From: Abditibacterium sp.
GTDB lineage: Bacteria > Armatimonadota > Abditibacteriia > Abditibacteriales > Abditibacteriaceae
DNA length: 64,000 bases
Reading direction: 5' to 3'
NCBI GenBank assembly: GCA_965199495.1
Contig: CBDASK010000003.1
Span: 2,336,001-2,400,000, forward strand
Positions 1 through 9,944 of this stretch are shown here, piece by piece (the stretch's first letter is position 1; the number at the start of each line of letters is the position of its first letter). Below the pieces are notes generated by a model. It did no database searches. It was not told the origin of the DNA and saw nothing but the letters and a program-made list of their open reading frames with translations. A program made the translations under genes and the position numbers.

Positions 1-42
1 AACGCGGCATCGGAAAGAGCGTTTAGTTTGACGTGAACCGCG

Positions 43-471
43 TCAATCTTCCATCTGTCCCACCGGAAAATTAATCGCCATTGCGCCTTTGAGCGGGCGA
101 AACCCAATTTTACGATAGAAGCCTTCGTTGTGCGGTTCGGTCGTCAAAAGCAAAGCGATGTGCGGATCGAATTCGGCGACGATGGATTTCATCAACGCGG
201 CGCCGATGCCGCGCTTTTGGAAATCGGGATGCGTGGCTAAACCGTGAATCGAGGCGTCCAACTCGCCATCGGAAAACGCGTAAACGCCGCCGACGATTTC
301 TCCGTCCCACAACGCGATGCGCGTGGCCCATGAACGCTCGAAGATCGTGCGAATCCGTTCCTCGCTAATGGTGCTGCCATAAGCCGCGCGATAAACCTCG
401 GCTAATTTTTCCCAATTGACGGCGTCGGTATCGGTTTGAATCGTTAAAGAGCAATGGATGGCAACCTTCAT
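43..471 (-). CDS. GNAT family N-acetyltransferase
   Basis: Acetyl-CoA motif A (LATHPDFQKRGIGAALM) and FYRKIGF. The ATG at 471 overlaps the TGA of the upstream gene (ATGA coupling). Confidence 0.85.
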   Translation of the reverse strand: MKVAIHCSLTIQTDTDAVNWEKLAEVYRAAYGSTISEERIRTIFERSWATRIALWDGEIVGGVYAFSDGELDASIHGLATHPDFQKRGIGAALMKSIVAEFDPHIALLLTTEPHNEGFYRKIGFRPLKGAMAINFPVGQMED

Positions 472-1412
472 TTGGCCGCGACTTTCAGCACATAAGGTGC
501 CGCGAAACTCTGCTCGCCGCGCGTGTAATTGAACCAGATTTTCCACTCGCCCGGCACGTCAAACGTCATTTCGGGAGCCGAACCGATGCCATGCACAAGC
601 GTAGAATTGTCGGGCGCAATCGCGACGATTTCGGGGTTTTCGATGGACGACTTGTCAGAAAGCCCCCATTGTAATTTCGTCTTTTGTCCCACTTTGGCTT
701 CTGGCCGCGACATTCCTTGGGTTTTTAAACCGCTAAAAAAGACGACTTGTAAAGTTGCTTGCCCCTTATTGTTGTTGGCCATAGCCATATCGCTTCCTTC
801 GGGCGGCGTTGGAAGCACAGATATATATTTGCTCATATCTGGAATTGGAGCAACTTTTCCAATCGCCGTGAAATTCCAGTAACCGACTTCGCGCGGCAAA
901 TTGTAACTCGCGCGGCGCGTCATCAATTCGCCCATTGACAAATCTTCGTTTTGCGCGACCGCCGGTTGATATTCCAGCCACAGCGTATAATCGCCCGGAC
1001 GCGGCAACGTCCAGTCGGTGTAAAACGAGCCGTATTGTTTATACGTTGGCTTCTGCGGCAGGAAAACCGTGCCGTCTTTGGAGATAATCCAACCGTTCAT
1101 CAAAACCTGCGTGTTATTGATTTTGGTGTCCGGTTGCTGCGGCAACTGCGCGTAGTGTTTCCATTCTTGGCGCAACCCATCGGGTTTGTCTTTGATGTCG
1201 AAAACTTTGATGTCCCAGAACGACTGTTCGCCCGCTTTGACGGGATAAGTGAACGGTTTCGCGCGCACTTTGGTTTTGACCGGCCCAATCAAAGTTTGTG
1301 CTTTGATGAGTTTGAGCGCGGCGGGCGATGGTGGGTTATGCGGCTCGCAACCAGCCACGGCGAGGAGCAATAGCGCGAATCCCATTTTATGAACTGTCTT
1401 AAAACGCCTCAC
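468..1412 (-). CDS. Lipoprotein of unknown function (start uncertain: 1385 ATG, 1412 GTG or 1604 ATG)
   Basis: Lipobox LLLLAVAG-C. The ORF stays open through the palindromic element at 1386-1586. Confidence 0.65.
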   Translation of the reverse strand: MRRFKTVHKMGFALLLLAVAGCEPHNPPSPAALKLIKAQTLIGPVKTKVRAKPFTYPVKAGEQSFWDIKVFDIKDKPDGLRQEWKHYAQLPQQPDTKINNTQVLMNGWIISKDGTVFLPQKPTYKQYGSFYTDWTLPRPGDYTLWLEYQPAVAQNEDLSMGELMTRRASYNLPREVGYWNFTAIGKVAPIPDMSKYISVLPTPPEGSDMAMANNNKGQATLQVVFFSGLKTQGMSRPEAKVGQKTKLQWGLSDKSSIENPEIVAIAPDNSTLVHGIGSAPEMTFDVPGEWKIWFNYTRGEQSFAAPYVLKVAAK

Positions 1413-1586
1413 ACCCCCTCTGTCCTTCGGACATCTCCCCCTCCGAAAGGGGGAGAACGCGCACTGACCGTTCATTGCTCGCGTTTGTTGTGGCGAAGTC
1501 GAGGGTTTGAGCGCCTCTCCCCCTTTCGGAGGGGGAGATGTCCGAAGGACAGAGGGGGTGTGAGGCGTTTTAAGACAGTTCATAAA
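1386..1586. repeat. Palindromic element with perfect 71-bp inverted arms (family A, CTCCCCCT...AGGGGGAG type)
   Basis: 1386-1456 is the exact reverse complement of 1516-1586. Each arm holds internal hairpins. Confidence 0.95.
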
Positions 1587-1606
1587 TGGATAAGACTGCA
1601 TCATTG

Positions 1607-2926
1607 CTAATTCTTCGCTTGCTCGATTTCATCGCGTTCGCGGCGCGCGATGGCGACGTTATGTTTGTGGCCCTCGAAATCGTTGGCGAAAATATGTTTT
1701 TTCAGTTTGGGCGAATACACATAAAACAGCGCCAGAGTTTTGGCCGGGCGCGCCGCCGCCATCAGCGCGTCTTCGCCGGGATTGCAAATCGGCGTCGGCG
1801 GCAAACCGTCGTGGAGATAGGTATTGAACGGCGACTCAAACTTGTAATCTTTGAAATACAAACGCGTTTTATGGTCTTTATCGGCCAGAATGCGCGCGTA
1901 TTGCACGCTGGCGTCAATTTGCAAACGCATGCCCTTTTCCAGTCGGTTCATCATCACGCCCGCAACGATGGGCATCTCGGTTTTAAGATTCGATTCGCGT
2001 TCGACTAAGGAAGCGATGGTAACGATTTCGCCTTTGGTGAGCGGCACGCCTTTGACCGAGGGCAACGGTTCGGGCAGTTTTTTCATCATTTCCGCGAACC
2101 CTTGCTGCATCTGCGCGATCAAGGTTTTGCCGTCGGCTTTGAGCGGCATCCAGTAGGTGCCGGGCGCCAATTGCCCTTCGTAGGGCGAAAAACCCTGATC
2201 GGGATAAATCAGTTTTTCCATTTCGTCGGCGCCCGCGAAACCCTCGCTTTTCAGGCGCGCCGCGATTTGCAAACCGGTGAAACCGGGCGGGAAAACGGCT
2301 TTTTCGTCGGTCGGCCCGGCCTTGAAAATCTGCGCCAGATCGCGCGGCCCGGCGCGGTCGGGCAGGGCATAGCCGCCGGGCGTGACGTTGGTCAAATTGA
2401 CTTCTTTGGCCGCCTGAATAAAAGCGTCGGCATCGCGCACTTTGTCGGATTTTTGGAGTTTTTGCGCCAATGTCGCGGCGCCCCAATCGGTCGGCACGAA
2501 CGCCATTTTGTCGGGCATCGCAATCGGCGCCCAACGCCGTGCTTCTTTGGCGTCGGCCTTCATTTTGAGATAAAGCCCGCCGCCGCCAACGCCCAGAATC
2601 AGAATCAAACCAACCAGGATCGCGGGCCAGCGCGAGCCGCGTGGCTCGACGTAACCCGCGACGATATGTTCGTCGGGCGCGTCTTTGCCGTCTGCGCTCT
2701 CGTCCGGCGTGGCTGTTAGCGGCGCGGGTTGGCTAAAATCGGCGGCGTCCGCGATTTTCTCGTCGAAAACCGTGGGTTCAGAGGTGCGATTGGTGAGCTG
2801 ACTTAAATCGGTGCTGGCCAAATCCCCATCGCTGGCGGGCGGCGAGTCGTCCGTTGTTGGCGCGCTGTTTTCGGGTGGCAACGGTTCGGGCGTGGCGTCG
2901 GGCGACGAATGGGACGGGGTGTTCAC
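1607..2926 (-). CDS. mltG: Endolytic transglycosylase MltG (YceG-like)
   Basis: Single TM anchor, ASLVERE catalytic Glu, NRLEKGMRLQIDASVQY and SPFNTYLHDGLPPTPICNPG. Adjacent to ruvX. Confidence 0.93.
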   Translation of the reverse strand: MNTPSHSSPDATPEPLPPENSAPTTDDSPPASDGDLASTDLSQLTNRTSEPTVFDEKIADAADFSQPAPLTATPDESADGKDAPDEHIVAGYVEPRGSRWPAILVGLILILGVGGGGLYLKMKADAKEARRWAPIAMPDKMAFVPTDWGAATLAQKLQKSDKVRDADAFIQAAKEVNLTNVTPGGYALPDRAGPRDLAQIFKAGPTDEKAVFPPGFTGLQIAARLKSEGFAGADEMEKLIYPDQGFSPYEGQLAPGTYWMPLKADGKTLIAQMQQGFAEMMKKLPEPLPSVKGVPLTKGEIVTIASLVERESNLKTEMPIVAGVMMNRLEKGMRLQIDASVQYARILADKDHKTRLYFKDYKFESPFNTYLHDGLPPTPICNPGEDALMAAARPAKTLALFYVYSPKLKKHIFANDFEGHKHNVAIARRERDEIEQAKN

Positions 2927-2957
2927 GGTGAGTCAAAAATTTGGGAGCGCGGCATTT

Positions 2958-3443
2958 TCAATGGCCCAACGCTTCGCGACTATTGGGTTCGTCGTGGGAA
3001 GACGCCTCAGTTTGGCGCGCATCGAGAAAAGTCTGCAATAGCGAAGCCGCCGCTCCCGCGTCAAGTAAGCCTTCTTCGCGCGCGCGCCGCGAAGAAACGC
3101 CCGTCGCGCGCAGGCCGCGCGCCGCTAACGCGCTCGAATAACGCTCGTCGGCGCGATGAAATTCCAAACTTAATCCGGTTTCAATCGCCGCGCTTTCCAA
3201 TTTCTCGGCGAAACGCCGCGCCGCGTCGGAAGTTTGCTGGCTCGAATCCGATCCGGCGGGCGCGCCCATCACGATGCCGCCGATTTCGCGGGCGCGCACC
3301 AAACTCAAAATCGCCGCGATGTCGCCGCGATTGTCATTGACGCGCCGCGTATGCGTGCCATGAGGCAACGCCAGCCTGTCGGCCTCGTCGGCGATGGCGA
3401 AACCAAGGCGGCGCGCGCCGTAATCAATGGCGAGAAATTTCAT
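2958..3443 (-). CDS. ruvX: YqgF/RuvX pre-16S rRNA nuclease / Holliday junction resolvase-like
   Basis: LAIDYGARRLGFAIAD, DERYSS and LDAGAAASLLQTFL motifs. Confidence 0.9.
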   Translation of the reverse strand: MKFLAIDYGARRLGFAIADEADRLALPHGTHTRRVNDNRGDIAAILSLVRAREIGGIVMGAPAGSDSSQQTSDAARRFAEKLESAAIETGLSLEFHRADERYSSALAARGLRATGVSSRRAREEGLLDAGAAASLLQTFLDARQTEASSHDEPNSREALGH

Positions 3444-3457
3444 TTTGGTCGTCAAAT

Positions 3458-3661
3458 GTCAGTTTTTCAGGATCAGGGGCGTTGCTTGCAGTTGTCATTT
3501 CGAGCGCAGCCGAGAAATCTGTCGCCCGTGCGGCAGCGCAAATGAAAGTGCTCGTGACGTTCCAGAAAGCCTATGACTTCCGCTGGCGCGGGGCCGCAAG
3601 ATTTCTCGGCTGCGCTCGAAATGACAACTGCAAGCAACGCCCTTGATCCTGAAAAACTGAC
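3458..3661. repeat. Palindromic element, 63-bp arms (family B, TGTCATTTCGAGCG...CGCTCGAAATGACA)
   Basis: 3458-3520 pairs with 3599-3661 with one mismatch. Confidence 0.93.
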
Positions 3662-3665
3662 GCCT

Positions 3666-4736
3666 TTAAGCATCTCCGACAGTTTCCAACTCCAACATTT
3701 CGGTGCGGCGCGTTTGCACGAGGGCATCAATCAACTCGCCGATTTCGCCGCCCATCAGACGGTCGAGCGAATTGCTTTTCCAGTTGATGCGATGGTCGGT
3801 TAGACGGTTTTCGGGAAAGTTATACGTGCGAATTTTGTCGCTGCGGTCGCCGCCCTTGACCTGCGCTTTGCGCGCCGAATCGCGCTCGTCAGCCAAGCGC
3901 TGGCGCTCGGCTTCGTATAATCTGGAGCGCAAAACCAGCATCGCTTTTTCTTTGTTCTGGCGCAAGCTGCGTTCGTCCTGACAAATAACGACCAAACCCG
4001 TCGGTTTATGCGTCAATCGGATGGCGGTTTCATTTTTCTGCACGCTCTGTCCGCCCGCGCCCGCCGCGCGCATCGTATCAATTTGAATATCGCTTTCGTC
4101 CAACTCGATGTCCACTTCTTCGGCTTCGGGTAGCACTGCCACCGACGCGGCGGATGTGTGAATGCGGCCTTTTTGTTCGGTCGCGGGCACGCGTTGCACG
4201 CGATGCACGCCGCTTTCGGTTTGCAACGCTTCCCACGCGCCCGCGCCGATAATCGAAAACACGACCTCTTTCAAACCGCCCATCTCGGCTTCGGATGTCG
4301 AAATGGATTCGACTTTCCAGCCGCGCACTTCGGCGAGTTTGAGATACATCCGATACAAATCGCCCGCCCACAGCGCGGCTTCTTCGCCGCCCGCGCCGCC
4401 GCGAATCTCGACGATGACGTTGCGGTCGGCGTCTTCGTCGCGCGGCAACAAAGCCTGTTCGAGTTCAACGATTTTCGCTTCGAGTTGCGGTTCCAGCTCG
4501 GCGATTTCTTCGTGCGCGAGTTCGCCCATTTCGGCGTCTTCGGCCATCAAACGCGCTTCATCCAGAGCGGTTTGAATCGCTTCGATTTGGCGAAAAATGC
4601 GCGCAATAGGTTCGATTTTGGCGCGCTCGCGACTGATGCGAGTGACGGCATCGCTATCGCCGAAAACTTCGGGCTGGGCGAGTTGATTGGTTAAATCGTC
4701 GAAATGTTCGGCGACAAGTTTGGCTTTTTCTAACAT
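3666..4736 (-). CDS. prfA: Peptide chain release factor 1
   Basis: [14 protein letters not shown] (PxT anticodon motif), GAGGQ, and [21 protein letters not shown]. Confidence 0.97.
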   Translation of the reverse strand: MLEKAKLVAEHFDDLTNQLAQPEVFGDSDAVTRISRERAKIEPIARIFRQIEAIQTALDEARLMAEDAEMGELAHEEIAELEPQLEAKIVELEQALLPRDEDADRNVIVEIRGGAGGEEAALWAGDLYRMYLKLAEVRGWKVESISTSEAEMGGLKEVVFSIIGAGAWEALQTESGVHRVQRVPATEQKGRIHTSAASVAVLPEAEEVDIELDESDIQIDTMRAAGAGGQSVQKNETAIRLTHKPTGLVVICQDERSLRQNKEKAMLVLRSRLYEAERQRLADERDSARKAQVKGGDRSDKIRTYNFPENRLTDHRINWKSNSLDRLMGGEIGELIDALVQTRRTEMLELETVGDA

Positions 4737-4742
4737 GATTTT

Positions 4743-4875
4743 TTAGCCACAGAGTTCACAGAGAAACACAGAGAGAGAATAAGAACAATAAAATAGTGTA
4801 GAAGTTACTTTTAATTTTCACTCACCTTAGTTTCTCTGTGTTTCTCTGTGCGTCCTCCGTGAACTCTGTGGCTAA
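4743..4875. repeat. Palindromic element with CACAGAG subrepeats (family C)
   Basis: TTAGCCACAGAGTTCACAGAGAAACACAGAGA is inverted against TCTCTGTGTTTCTCTGTG...GTGAACTCTGTGGCTAA around an AT-rich centre. Confidence 0.85.
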
Positions 4876-4882
4876 TGAGATT

Positions 4883-5965
4883 TTATTTTTTGGCTTCGAC
4901 TTCCTCTTCTTTGTTCAACAACACACGCATCGCTTCGCACGCGACTTCCAACTGGTCGTCGCTCGGCTCTTCGGTCGTCAATCGTTGCAACCACATTCCG
5001 GGTTTGACCACGATCATCGCCAAGCCCGACAAACGTGGGTTGACGGTTGATTTGATGATTTCATACGAAATGCCCGCGACAACAGGCAACAGCAACAAGC
5101 GCAGTCCGATGCGGGCGACGTGGCTGTCGCCCCACGGCAGAAACGCAAAGCAAATCACCGAAACGAAAACCGTAATTAAAGCGAACCCGGTTCCGCAACG
5201 CGGATGCGGTGTATCGAACGGGCGCGCGCCTGCGGGCGTGAGCGGGCGTCCGTTTTCGACGGCGTAAACGACTTTATGCTCGGCGCCGTGATACTCGAAA
5301 ACCCGCTTGATATTCTTGCGCCGCCCAATGATGAAAACGTAGCCGATGAAAATCGCCAGTTTGACCAAACCTTCGATTCCATTCAGCGCGAGCCGATTTT
5401 TGCCCAATAACGGCTCGAATATCCAATCAGTCAACAAATTTGGCAGCGCCACGAACAGAGCCACGCCGACGCCCAGCGAACCTAAAATCGTCAGCAGGAA
5501 TAACCAAATTGGCAACGCCTTTTTGTCGGGCGCGGTTTGCGTTTCGATTTCCTGCGACGGCGGATGCGTCGTCGTTACCGGCTCGGCAATCGCGACGTTA
5601 CCTCCGTCGCGTTCGGGTTGAACGGTATGCGTCTGTTCTTCCAAAACGACGGCGCCCGTCAACGGCTCGCGCACGGTAAGCGCGGCTTCGCCCGCTTTCT
5701 TTTTGCCTTCGTCTTGCAACGCCAACTCGCTCGACCAATTCAGGTAACCCATGCCCAGCGCGAGCATTTCAAACAACGCGATGATGCCGCGCACAAACGG
5801 AATGTTGAGAAACGGTTTGCGCTTGAGAATCGAATCGAACGGTTCGACACGCGACTGAATCTGGCCGTTAGAGCGCCGCACGGCGGCGCCGACGTGCGTC
5901 GGCCCGCGCATCATCACACCTTCGATGAGCGCTTGCCCGCCCAACTGAAATGGAGTTTTGGCCAT
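4883..5965 (-). CDS. DUF1385 family membrane protein
   Basis: GGQALIEGVMMRG, FEYHGAEHK, HPRCGT and LQRLTTEEP motifs. Typical position between rpmE and prfA. Confidence 0.92.
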   Translation of the reverse strand: MAKTPFQLGGQALIEGVMMRGPTHVGAAVRRSNGQIQSRVEPFDSILKRKPFLNIPFVRGIIALFEMLALGMGYLNWSSELALQDEGKKKAGEAALTVREPLTGAVVLEEQTHTVQPERDGGNVAIAEPVTTTHPPSQEIETQTAPDKKALPIWLFLLTILGSLGVGVALFVALPNLLTDWIFEPLLGKNRLALNGIEGLVKLAIFIGYVFIIGRRKNIKRVFEYHGAEHKVVYAVENGRPLTPAGARPFDTPHPRCGTGFALITVFVSVICFAFLPWGDSHVARIGLRLLLLPVVAGISYEIIKSTVNPRLSGLAMIVVKPGMWLQRLTTEEPSDDQLEVACEAMRVLLNKEEEVEAKK

Positions 5966-6038
5966 AGAATGCAAAAAAGAGCGGAATCCGAGCCGCAAAA
6001 TGAATTGCGACCCTAATTCCGCTCTTTGGGAGTTGTGG

Positions 6039-6275
6039 CTAACGGCGTCCGCTTTTGGGAGCGGGCTTGCCTTCGCCGTCGCCGCGACGCTGGTTGAAGC
6101 GATCAACGCGCCCGGCGGTGTCAACGATGCGCTTTTTGCCGGTGTAAAACGGATGGCAATTGGAGCACAAATCGAGACGCATTTGGGGCACGGTCGCGTG
6201 GGTGGTGACTTCGGTTCCGCAGGAGGTGCAAGCGATGTTGCTCTCCATGTAATCGGGGTGGATTTCTGGTTTCAT
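6039..6275 (-). CDS. rpmE: 50S ribosomal protein L31 (Zn-binding form)
   Basis: MKPEIHPDY, CTSC, CSNCHPFYTGK and DTAGRVDRF. Confidence 0.97.
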   Translation of the reverse strand: MKPEIHPDYMESNIACTSCGTEVTTHATVPQMRLDLCSNCHPFYTGKKRIVDTAGRVDRFNQRRGDGEGKPAPKSGRR

Positions 6276-6686
6276 GTTGTGTTTTTGGACGTTCAGGGCG
6301 GCGAGGGCTTTTGATGAGGCGGGCACCCCTGTGGTCTGACAGTTCCCTTATGGCGTCCTATTTAGTGGTTTTTTACGTTCAATTAACGTGTCAGCACGGA
6401 TTATACAGACGTCATTTTACCCTTTTACGTTCCGCATTGGCAAGGCGCTGAAATGATTACGACTGCGTTCTCTGCCAAGAAATCGCCTGACGTTCACGAA
6501 GCGCACTTAACCGCTCTTGAGAAAATTTGGGTCGGAGAAATTCCGCTGTTTTTGCGATTTTATTTCGCCAATTGCGCGAATTGCGTTAAAATACAATGAT
6601 GTTGTTTGGGGCGAAATTTGCTGCTTTCAACAGCTTATGAACTTTTATCAAAACGGGCTTTGCTTTCATTATTCGGCGGTGACGCG

Positions 6687-7349
6687 TTGACCGAAGTCAT
6701 TCCTCCCCTACCGCGCATTGGCGTTTTAGTTTCCGGTCAATCGGGCGGCACCAACTTTCAGGCGATTTTGAACGCCATTAAGCGCGACGAACTCCATGCG
6801 CGCGTGGCTCTGCTGGTAGCGACCAACGAATTGCACGGCGCTATTGCGCGCGCGCGCACGGCCAATATTCAAACTCTGGTTTTGCCAACGGCCAATCTCA
6901 GTCGCGAATCTTTCGACGAGAAAGTCGCCGATGCGTTTTATCAAGCGGGCGTTTCGGTCGTGGCATTAGCGGGCTATCTGCGTTTCGTGACGCCGGTTTT
7001 GCTCGAAGCGTTTCCCGGTCGCATTCTCAACGTGCATCCCTCGCTTTTGCCCGCTTTTGGCGGTCAGGGAATGTATGGCAATCGCGTGCATCGCGCGGTT
7101 TTGGAACACGGTTGCCGCGTTTCTGGCTGCACCGTCCATCTCGTTGATGAGCGTTACGACACCGGCCCCATTATAGATCAAGCGTGCGTCCACGTCGAAG
7201 ACGACGACACGCCCGATTCGCTCGCCAAACGCGTCCAGCACGAAGAGCATCGTTTGTATCCGCAATGTTTGGAATGGCTGTGCCACAACAAAGTCGTCGT
7301 CGAGGGTCGCCGCGTGCGCCGGGTTGCAGATGTTTCGGATGCCAGATAA
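6687..7349 (+). CDS. purN: Phosphoribosylglycinamide formyltransferase (start approximate)
   Basis: LVSGQSGGTNFQA, LAGYLR, ILNVHPSLLP, GCTVHLVD and DTGPII. Confidence 0.95.
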   Translation: MTEVIPPLPRIGVLVSGQSGGTNFQAILNAIKRDELHARVALLVATNELHGAIARARTANIQTLVLPTANLSRESFDEKVADAFYQAGVSVVALAGYLRFVTPVLLEAFPGRILNVHPSLLPAFGGQGMYGNRVHRAVLEHGCRVSGCTVHLVDERYDTGPIIDQACVHVEDDDTPDSLAKRVQHEEHRLYPQCLEWLCHNKVVVEGRRVRRVADVSDAR

Positions 7350-7591
7350 CAGATGTCAAATTTCGGATGGGTTTGAAGAGAGTTGTGTAGGACTTACGCA
7401 GTGAATTCTTCATTCGTAGCTTAAAAGCTACGGCAGATGGCTGCGCCGAACGTGCTTCGCACTTATTTTTAGTGCGAAGCACGTTCGGCGCAGCCATCTG
7501 CCGTAGGCTTCAGCCTACGAAGTGCGTAAGTCCTATTGTATTGCTTTGAACTCTTTTCAAACTTATTCGATTATCTGAAATCCGTTATCTG
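7343..7591. repeat. Nested three-layer inverted repeat between purN and purH
   Basis: Outer CAGATAAC...GTTATCTG, middle TAGGACTTACGCA...TGCGTAAGTCCTA, and an inner perfect stem of about 36 bp (7428-7463 / 7471-7506). Confidence 0.9.
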
Positions 7592-7616
7592 AAATCCAAT
7601 GTTATCCTTTAGAGCG

Positions 7617-9158
7617 ATGTCAAAGCGCGCTTTACTTTCCGTTTCCAACAAAAATCGTCTCGCCCCGTTCGCGGCGGGACTTGTCGAATTGGGTTTTCAA
7701 ATTCTCTCGACCGGCGGCACCGCCCGCTCTTTGCGCGAGGCCGGTTTGCCCGTCACCGATGTCGCCGAAATCACCGGTTTTCCCGAAATGATGAATGGCC
7801 GCGTCAAGACGCTGCATCCCGCCGTGCATGGCGGCATTCTGGCACGCCGCGATAAACCTGAACATTTGAGCGCCATCGAATCGCAAAATATCGGCGCGAT
7901 TGACTTGGTTTGCGTCAACCTCTATCCGTTCGAGCAGACCGTCGCCAAACCCGATGTGACTGACGAAGAGGCGATTGAAAACATTGACATCGGCGGCCCT
8001 TCGATGGTGCGCAGCGCGGCCAAAAACTTCGCCGCCGTGACGGTCGTGGTTGATCCGACCGATTACGACACCATTTTGGACGAACTCCAAAGCGGCGATA
8101 CCAAAATAGAAACGCGGCGTGCCCTCGCGACCAAAGCGTTCGCGCACACTTCGGCCTACGACGCGGCGATTACAACGTATTTGTCGGGTGAAACTCTGCC
8201 CGATTCGCTGCGCTTGGCGTTCGAGAAAGAGGACGATTTGCGTTACGGCGAAAACCCGCACCAAAAAGCCGCGTTCTATGCCGAACCCAATCCCGCGCAA
8301 GGTTCCCTCGCGGCGGCGCAACAATTGTCGGGCATCGCGTTGTCGTTCGTCAATTTGTTCGATTTGGACGGCGCGTGGAATTTGGTATGCGAATGGGACG
8401 AACCCGCCGCGTGCATCGTCAAGCATGCCAACCCGTGTGGCTGCGCCGTGGCTTCTACGCTCGCCGAGGCGTTTAGCAAAGCGCGCGACGCCGATCCTGT
8501 TTCGCGATTCGGCGGCATTATCGCGTGCAACCAAATCGTTGACGAGCAAACCGCGCAGGAAATCATCGTCAAAGGCTCGCTCTATCACGCGATTATAGCG
8601 CCCGGCTACGAACCGGCGGCGCTGGAATTACTCAAAAATCGCAGTGGCTGGGGCGCCGACTTGCGCATTTTGGATGCGGGCACGACTTTGCCGCGCGAAC
8701 CGGCGCTGGATTGGAAACGCGTTTCGGGCGGTTTGTTGGTGCAGGATTTAGATCGCGGCGAAGTTGCGGATGACGAATTAAAAACCGTGACGCAGACAGC
8801 AGCCACGCCGGAGCAAATGAATGATTTGAAGTTCGCTTGGAAGTGCGTCAAACATCTCAAATCGAACGCGATTGCCGTCGCCAAAAACGGTTCGCTCATT
8901 GGCGCGGGCGCCGGACAGATGAATCGCGTGAATAGCGTTGAACTCGCACTCAAGCAAGCGGGCGACAAAGCGCAGGGCGCGGTCTTGGCTTCGGACGCAT
9001 TTTTCCCGTTCGACGACGGCCCCGCCGCCGCCGCTAAAGCCGGAATTGTCGCGATTATTCAGCCGGGCGGCTCGAACAAAGACGCCGATTCAATCGCGTT
9101 ATGCGACCGCGAAAACGTGGCGATGGTGTTTACCGGAATGCGTCATTTTAAGCATTAA
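7617..9158 (+). CDS. purH: Bifunctional AICAR transformylase / IMP cyclohydrolase
   Basis: RALLSVSNK, STGGT, GRVKTLHP, IDIGGP, LRYGENPHQ, ASDAFFPF and FTGMRHFKH. Confidence 0.98.
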   Translation: MSKRALLSVSNKNRLAPFAAGLVELGFQILSTGGTARSLREAGLPVTDVAEITGFPEMMNGRVKTLHPAVHGGILARRDKPEHLSAIESQNIGAIDLVCVNLYPFEQTVAKPDVTDEEAIENIDIGGPSMVRSAAKNFAAVTVVVDPTDYDTILDELQSGDTKIETRRALATKAFAHTSAYDAAITTYLSGETLPDSLRLAFEKEDDLRYGENPHQKAAFYAEPNPAQGSLAAAQQLSGIALSFVNLFDLDGAWNLVCEWDEPAACIVKHANPCGCAVASTLAEAFSKARDADPVSRFGGIIACNQIVDEQTAQEIIVKGSLYHAIIAPGYEPAALELLKNRSGWGADLRILDAGTTLPREPALDWKRVSGGLLVQDLDRGEVADDELKTVTQTAATPEQMNDLKFAWKCVKHLKSNAIAVAKNGSLIGAGAGQMNRVNSVELALKQAGDKAQGAVLASDAFFPFDDGPAAAAKAGIVAIIQPGGSNKDADSIALCDRENVAMVFTGMRHFKH

Positions 9159-9176
9159 TTGTGGATTCGGCAAATC

Positions 9177-9271
9177 GTAGAGACACCGACTTGTCGTGTC
9201 TAAAAAGATTGAACTTACTTTGATGTCATGGAAAATCTGACATTTTAGACACGACAAGTCGGTGTCTCTAC
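9177..9271. repeat. GTAG-type REP doublet (REPIN-like), copy 1, 95 bp
   Basis: GTAGAGACACCGACTTGTCGTGTCTAAAA - 37 nt - TTTTAGACACGACAAGTCGGTGTCTCTAC. Confidence 0.93.
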
Positions 9272-9277
9272 AGGCAA

Positions 9278-9817
9278 TTACGCCCGAATCTCACGCGCCA
9301 AACCCGCCACACATTCGCGCAATAACGCGCTGATTTCCTCATCGGCGAGCAACGCAGCCACGTCCACCCGATTCGATCCCAATGGCACTTCCACCGACGC
9401 CGTTTCGCTGACGCGTGCCATCAACGTTTTCAAAATTTCGAGCAACGACGCGTTGGCAAACGAACCACGATTGGCGACGCTGATTATCGCGACCGGTTTG
9501 TCCCACAACTCGCCGCCGCTCACCAGCCAGTCGAGCAAATTCTTGAAACTGCCCGGCAAACCATGAACATATTCGGGCGTGCAAATGATTAAACCTTCGG
9601 CGGCAACCACGCGGGCGCGCAAATCGGCGACGCTCGTGGGCGCGTTTTCGCCATCGTCGTCGGGATTGAAATGCGGCAACGCGCCCATATTATCATAAAT
9701 TTCAATCGAAATATCGTCGGGCGTCAGCGCCGTGGCGGCTTGCAAGAGCGCCGAATTGGAACTGGCCACGCGCAGACTGCCCGAAATCGCCAGCAACTTA
9801 AAGGAAGAATCGTTCAT
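9278..9817 (-). CDS. NADPH-dependent FMN reductase (ChrR/SsuE-like)
   Basis: ISGSLRVASSN and TPEYVHGLPGSFKNLLDW. Confidence 0.92.
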   Translation of the reverse strand: MNDSSFKLLAISGSLRVASSNSALLQAATALTPDDISIEIYDNMGALPHFNPDDDGENAPTSVADLRARVVAAEGLIICTPEYVHGLPGSFKNLLDWLVSGGELWDKPVAIISVANRGSFANASLLEILKTLMARVSETASVEVPLGSNRVDVAALLADEEISALLRECVAGLAREIRA

Positions 9818-9860
9818 AAAACTTGTTCTACAAACGCGCTATGAACATTGACGTTGCAGC

Positions 9861-9892
9861 GTGAAACATTTGTGAACTTCATTGGCTAAATT
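9861..9892 (+). promoter_or_regulatory. Putative OmpR-family box promoter GTGA-N7-GTGA-N11-TAAATT
   Basis: Same spacing recurs at 14129, 15433 and, with one mismatch, at 56084 on the minus strand. Confidence 0.65.
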
Positions 9893-9944
9893 AAAACATC
9901 ACGCGCGGGAACTTTCGCGCGGTTTCGTGCTTTGAATTGCTGAT

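Noticed and set aside
7350..7616. ZMP/ZTP (pfl) riboswitch upstream of purH
   Set aside because: I could not find the consensus elements. The region is explained by nested inverted repeats.
7632..8588. 318-aa ORF antisense to purH, and similar overlapping ORFs throughout the track
   Set aside because: Shadow ORFs expected in GC-rich coding DNA.
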